This document shows, one piece after another, positions 63,231-64,000 of a stretch of DNA of 64,000 nucleotides. Below the pieces are notes generated by a model, which worked only from the letters and a program-made list of their open reading frames with translations, was not told where the DNA came from and did not search any database. The DNA comes from Cyanobacteria bacterium P01_F01_bin.150 (GTDB taxonomy: Bacteria; Cyanobacteriota; Cyanobacteriia; CAKZMO01): the NCBI GenBank assembly GCA_039189765.1, contig JBCCYL010000003.1, forward strand, positions 96,001-160,000. Reading direction: 5' to 3'. Numbering within the stretch: position 1 is the first letter of the stretch; each line of letters opens with the position of its first letter. The translations under genes and the position numbers were made by a program.

Positions 63231-64000
63231 TCAAGCTAACTTTATGGCTTCCAAGGTTTGGGTGAGTTGATCACTACAGCTCCGCAACAATTTCAGTTGA
63301 TGCACTTGAGGATTTTGATTAGATACATCCAGAGCGTCATCAGTGGGTGCCTCTGGCAAAGGAAAGTGAATCATCGGGTTGGCCGCAGTGACATATTCAT
63401 CCAGCGCTTTGAGGCCAGCCACACTAGTCTGCCTCAGATAGGCTTGAACAGAGGCAAGATACCATGTACTGATCTGTTCGGCAGTCCATCCCGAGGAAGA
63501 GGAGCCGCTGTTAAAATCTGGCCCACCATCTAACTTTTCCAAAACGTAACTGGTTCCCCCTAAAAGGGCCGCACCAACCGGTCCACCCATTAGAAACCCT
63601 AATCCGCCTGCTACCATTGTCGGGACTTTTCCTTTTGTCAATGTATCTGCTACATCAGAAGAAAAAGAGCCAGATGAAGAGTCATTCGGGAATATATCAG
63701 GCAGGGTGGCATCAGGTGTTGGCGGCCAAGAAAGGCTCAGGGTAACGGGACGAGGACAATCAAAAAAATCACAGGCTTTATAAACCCAAGCCACAATATT
63801 AGCTTGATACTGCGCCCATACCGGTTCTAGCGCAAGTCGAACCCATGAGTCAAACTCCAGTCTTTGCAAGGCATCTGCGGCTTCCACTTGATACTCTTCT
63901 AGAAAGGCGATCGGCGATAGCCATTGACGTGCTTCATCAACACTATCTCTAAATCCCTTTTTAATAAGAGTTTGGGCTTTGTGAAGGATATCCAGCTTTT
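63231..64000 (-). CDS. C-terminal part of a larger protein, possibly dynamin-like (5' end outside window)
   Basis: Frame is open to the window edge (KLDILHKAQTLIKKGF...); glycine-zipper segment GGLGFLMGGPVGAALLGG. No GTPase domain visible in the window. Confidence 0.55.
   Translation of the reverse strand, partial: KLDILHKAQTLIKKGFRDSVDEARQWLSPIAFLEEYQVEAADALQRLEFDSWVRLALEPVWAQYQANIVAWVYKACDFFDCPRPVTLSLSWPPTPDATLPDIFPNDSSSGSFSSDVADTLTKGKVPTMVAGGLGFLMGGPVGAALLGGTSYVLEKLDGGPDFNSGSSSSGWTAEQISTWYLASVQAYLRQTSVAGLKALDEYVTAANPMIHFPLPEAPTDDALDVSNQNPQVHQLKLLRSCSDQLTQTLEAIKLA

Overview
Chromosomal window from a cyanobacterium (psaA-psaB, btpA, rimO-crhR, abundant HIP1 GCGATCGC octamers, heptamer STRR tracts); genus cannot be fixed from the sequence alone. 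Core genes (gyrB 3' part, psaA/psaB, trpD, crhR, rimO, btpA, VKOR, larB/cpmA-like, ilvC) alternate with accessory loci. The best candidate for an under-described system is a minus-strand operon at 13.8-19.1 kb. It encodes a PP2C-like phosphatase, a YegI-type Ser/Thr kinase with a Zn ribbon, a nicotinamidase-like hydrolase and a vWA protein, which amounts to a TerY-P-like triad with an NAD-salvage enzyme inserted. It lies behind a near-consensus sigma70 promoter (TTGACA-N17-TAACAT) overlapped by two GT-N7-AC palindromes of the NrtR (ADP-ribose-sensing repressor) type. Other notable items: a GyrB intein that appears to have lost its HNH endonuclease by in-frame deletion; an AAA-ATPase/DUF4276-like two-gene cassette; a divergent PsaA/PsaB pair preceded by an NtcA-class promoter signature and a Fur-like box; a 2763-aa DUF4347/cadherin/RTX adhesin; a RAYT-type HUH transposase with REP-like hairpins; a small RHH/tyrosine-recombinase/YhcG island; two internally deleted Uma2 pseudogenes; and an Asp/Asn beta-hydroxylase broken by one TAG. 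No rRNA, tRNA or CRISPR array was seen. All family assignments come from motif recognition by eye, not from database searches.
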